A stretch of 63,128 bases of DNA, counting the filler, from Circinaria calcarea (taxonomy: Eukaryota), in the NCBI GenBank assembly GCA_051942165.1. It is 24 parts of 24 records of this genome, joined end to end, with 100 filler letters (N's around TTAATTAATTAA, not from the genome) between each part and the next. Parts side by side here need not be neighbours in the genome. Positions count along the whole stretch, not along the records: positions 60,610 to 63,128 come from JAVECS010003472.1; 23 more parts are not named here. One strand, written 5' to 3'. Shown here in pieces: positions 61,563 through 63,128 of this stretch. The position numbers were made by a program, and so were the translations under genes. Position 1 is the stretch's first letter. Every line of letters starts with the position of its first letter. The notes beneath the pieces were generated by a model. The model had not been told where the DNA came from, did no database searches, and worked only from the letters and a program-made list of their open reading frames with translations.

Positions 61563-63128
61563 CTAAGTAATCCTGACCCGGAACAGATACCTCAGCCGGA
61601 TCTGGGCGACGTCATAGCAGATGAACTCGTTGTACTGCAAGTATGCGTTGCCGACGTTGCTGTGGGTAGGTGGGTGGGAGGTATCAGGCTTTTCAGAAAG
61701 GGGGAATGGTTAGTTGCTGACGGAGGGCGGAGAGTACAAGGATGAGAAGAAATGGATCATACCATCATCACCCCCTTGAGATTCTTATTCACACACTCGG
61801 CATCCTTCCACCCCACCGGTGCCGTCATCCCCTTTCCCCATGTAGCATACTTTCCCTGTCTCTTTGCCTCCTCTCCGGCATTATAATCCGCATTCGTCAA
61901 CTCCAACATTGGTTTTCCCAGTTCCGCTTCACAGAGTAATAACAATCCTATCCCTCCTGAAGAATGATATGCAGTATATCCGGCCGATTTACTCGATATG
62001 TCGGCCAGATAGACACCTTTTCCAAACATGTAACCCGAGACGGGAGCTTCAGGAGGTGCGATACGCAGACCTTGGGAGAGGATTCCACCAAAGTTCGTGC
62101 AGCGGGAACCATGCCAGAGGAGACGACGGTCGGTTTGAGGGAGGCTGGCATAAGGGGATTTGCTGAAGCGGTCGCCTTCGCCTAGACGTTCGATGCGGAA
62201 GATGGATTCGATCTAGATGGTAAGTTAGGTAAGTTAGGGAAGTTGAATGGAATGAAAAAGAAATGGGGAGACTTGCCTTGAATTGAAAGTAATGAGTTGA
62301 GCCGTGGGTCTTTAGGAGGTAGTCGGAGAGTTCTTTGAATTCGGTGGATTTTGGTTCCACTATCATGGCCAGAGTCAGTTTAACAATTGAGCTCTGAGTA
62401 GAATGTCCTACAATGGGTCATCTCTGCCATCCCCAGCCCGGCGTATTGTCGATCCAACGGGTGAATGAGGTCTCCAACATCCTCCTTGGCTTCTTTCATG
62501 ATATCATTGGCAATCTCCATGTCCTACCCGCGTTCCAAAATAGTCAGTATAGTATCATGCTATCAGATTCGGAAGATGTACACTTAGTGATTCCAATAGC
62601 TGAATCTCCTTTTTCAGTCGCGCGTCTTCTCGAATAATGGGTGGCCTGTTCCTCCCAAAGGCATGCGGTATAAAGCTGTAGTAGTCGTTTGATATCTCCT
62701 CTAGAGCATCATTGTATGTCATGTTGTGAACTTCATCTGCCAATGCAGGATTGGCCAACAACTCTGCAAGATCCTTCAGAGCCTGGTAACCTTTCTTTAA
62801 AGTCCCTTTACCAAGTTTACCGAGTGGTAACTTTTCAGCATCATACTCCATCTCCGTCATGGTAGCCGCAAAGTATTGTTGGTTGAAGATGAGCTCCATG
62901 AGTGCTTGCACTGGTATTGGCAGGGTGCTCTCCACCTTCTTCCGTTCCTCACTCTTGACAGATGCCTTGGATGCTCTACGACTGGCAGCTCCAGGTAGGT
63001 CATCATCATCCTCTTCACTCGAATCGTCTTCATAGTTTCGTTCAATGAACTTGTACTTTCCTTTCTTTGGCGCCGATAATCGATCTTTCCATGCAAGACC
63101 TGATTTGTCCTTGAATTTCTTCTCAAAT
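61563..63128 (-). CDS. PARP: Poly(ADP-ribose) polymerase, end of WGR + regulatory + catalytic domains (5' truncated)
   Basis: FEKKFKDKSG, KLPLGKL, YYSFIPHAFG, LLWHGSR, GLRIAPPEAPVSGYMFGKGVYLAD..SKSA.Y, LQYNEFICYD..QIRLRYL. H-Y-E triad intact. Confidence 0.95.

Overview
This window is not one contiguous locus. It is 24 short contigs of about 2.52-2.55 kb, sorted by decreasing length and joined by an artificial 100-nt spacer (N44-TTAATTAATTAA-N44), so adjacency across spacers means nothing and most genes are cut at contig ends. The content is eukaryotic: short GT-AG introns with CTRAY-type branch sites and filamentous-ascomycete (Pezizomycotina-like) genes. I cannot tell whether all contigs come from one organism. 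Housekeeping genes recognised from motifs: TSR1, PAM18, TTI1, TBCE/PAC2, CTK1, PMP3, HMT1-type ABC transporter, CLC channel, WC-1, NAPE-PLD, BCS1, NDUFB3, PARP, RSC7-like, BLI-3 and one tRNA-Arg(ACG). Accessory or decaying material includes a HET-domain pseudogene, an internally deleted P450, a 5'-truncated sterol methyltransferase next to an interstitial telomere repeat, the start of a STAND/NLR-type gene, two TA-flanked MITE-like foldbacks and a frameshifted Cys-cluster/PhyH-like dioxygenase. The best candidate for something new is a cleanly spliced, extra-large G-alpha protein (2651-4396). It has a long N-terminal extension, and both GTP-hydrolysis residues (switch I Arg, switch II Gln) are replaced. 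All family assignments come from motif recognition; no database search was run.
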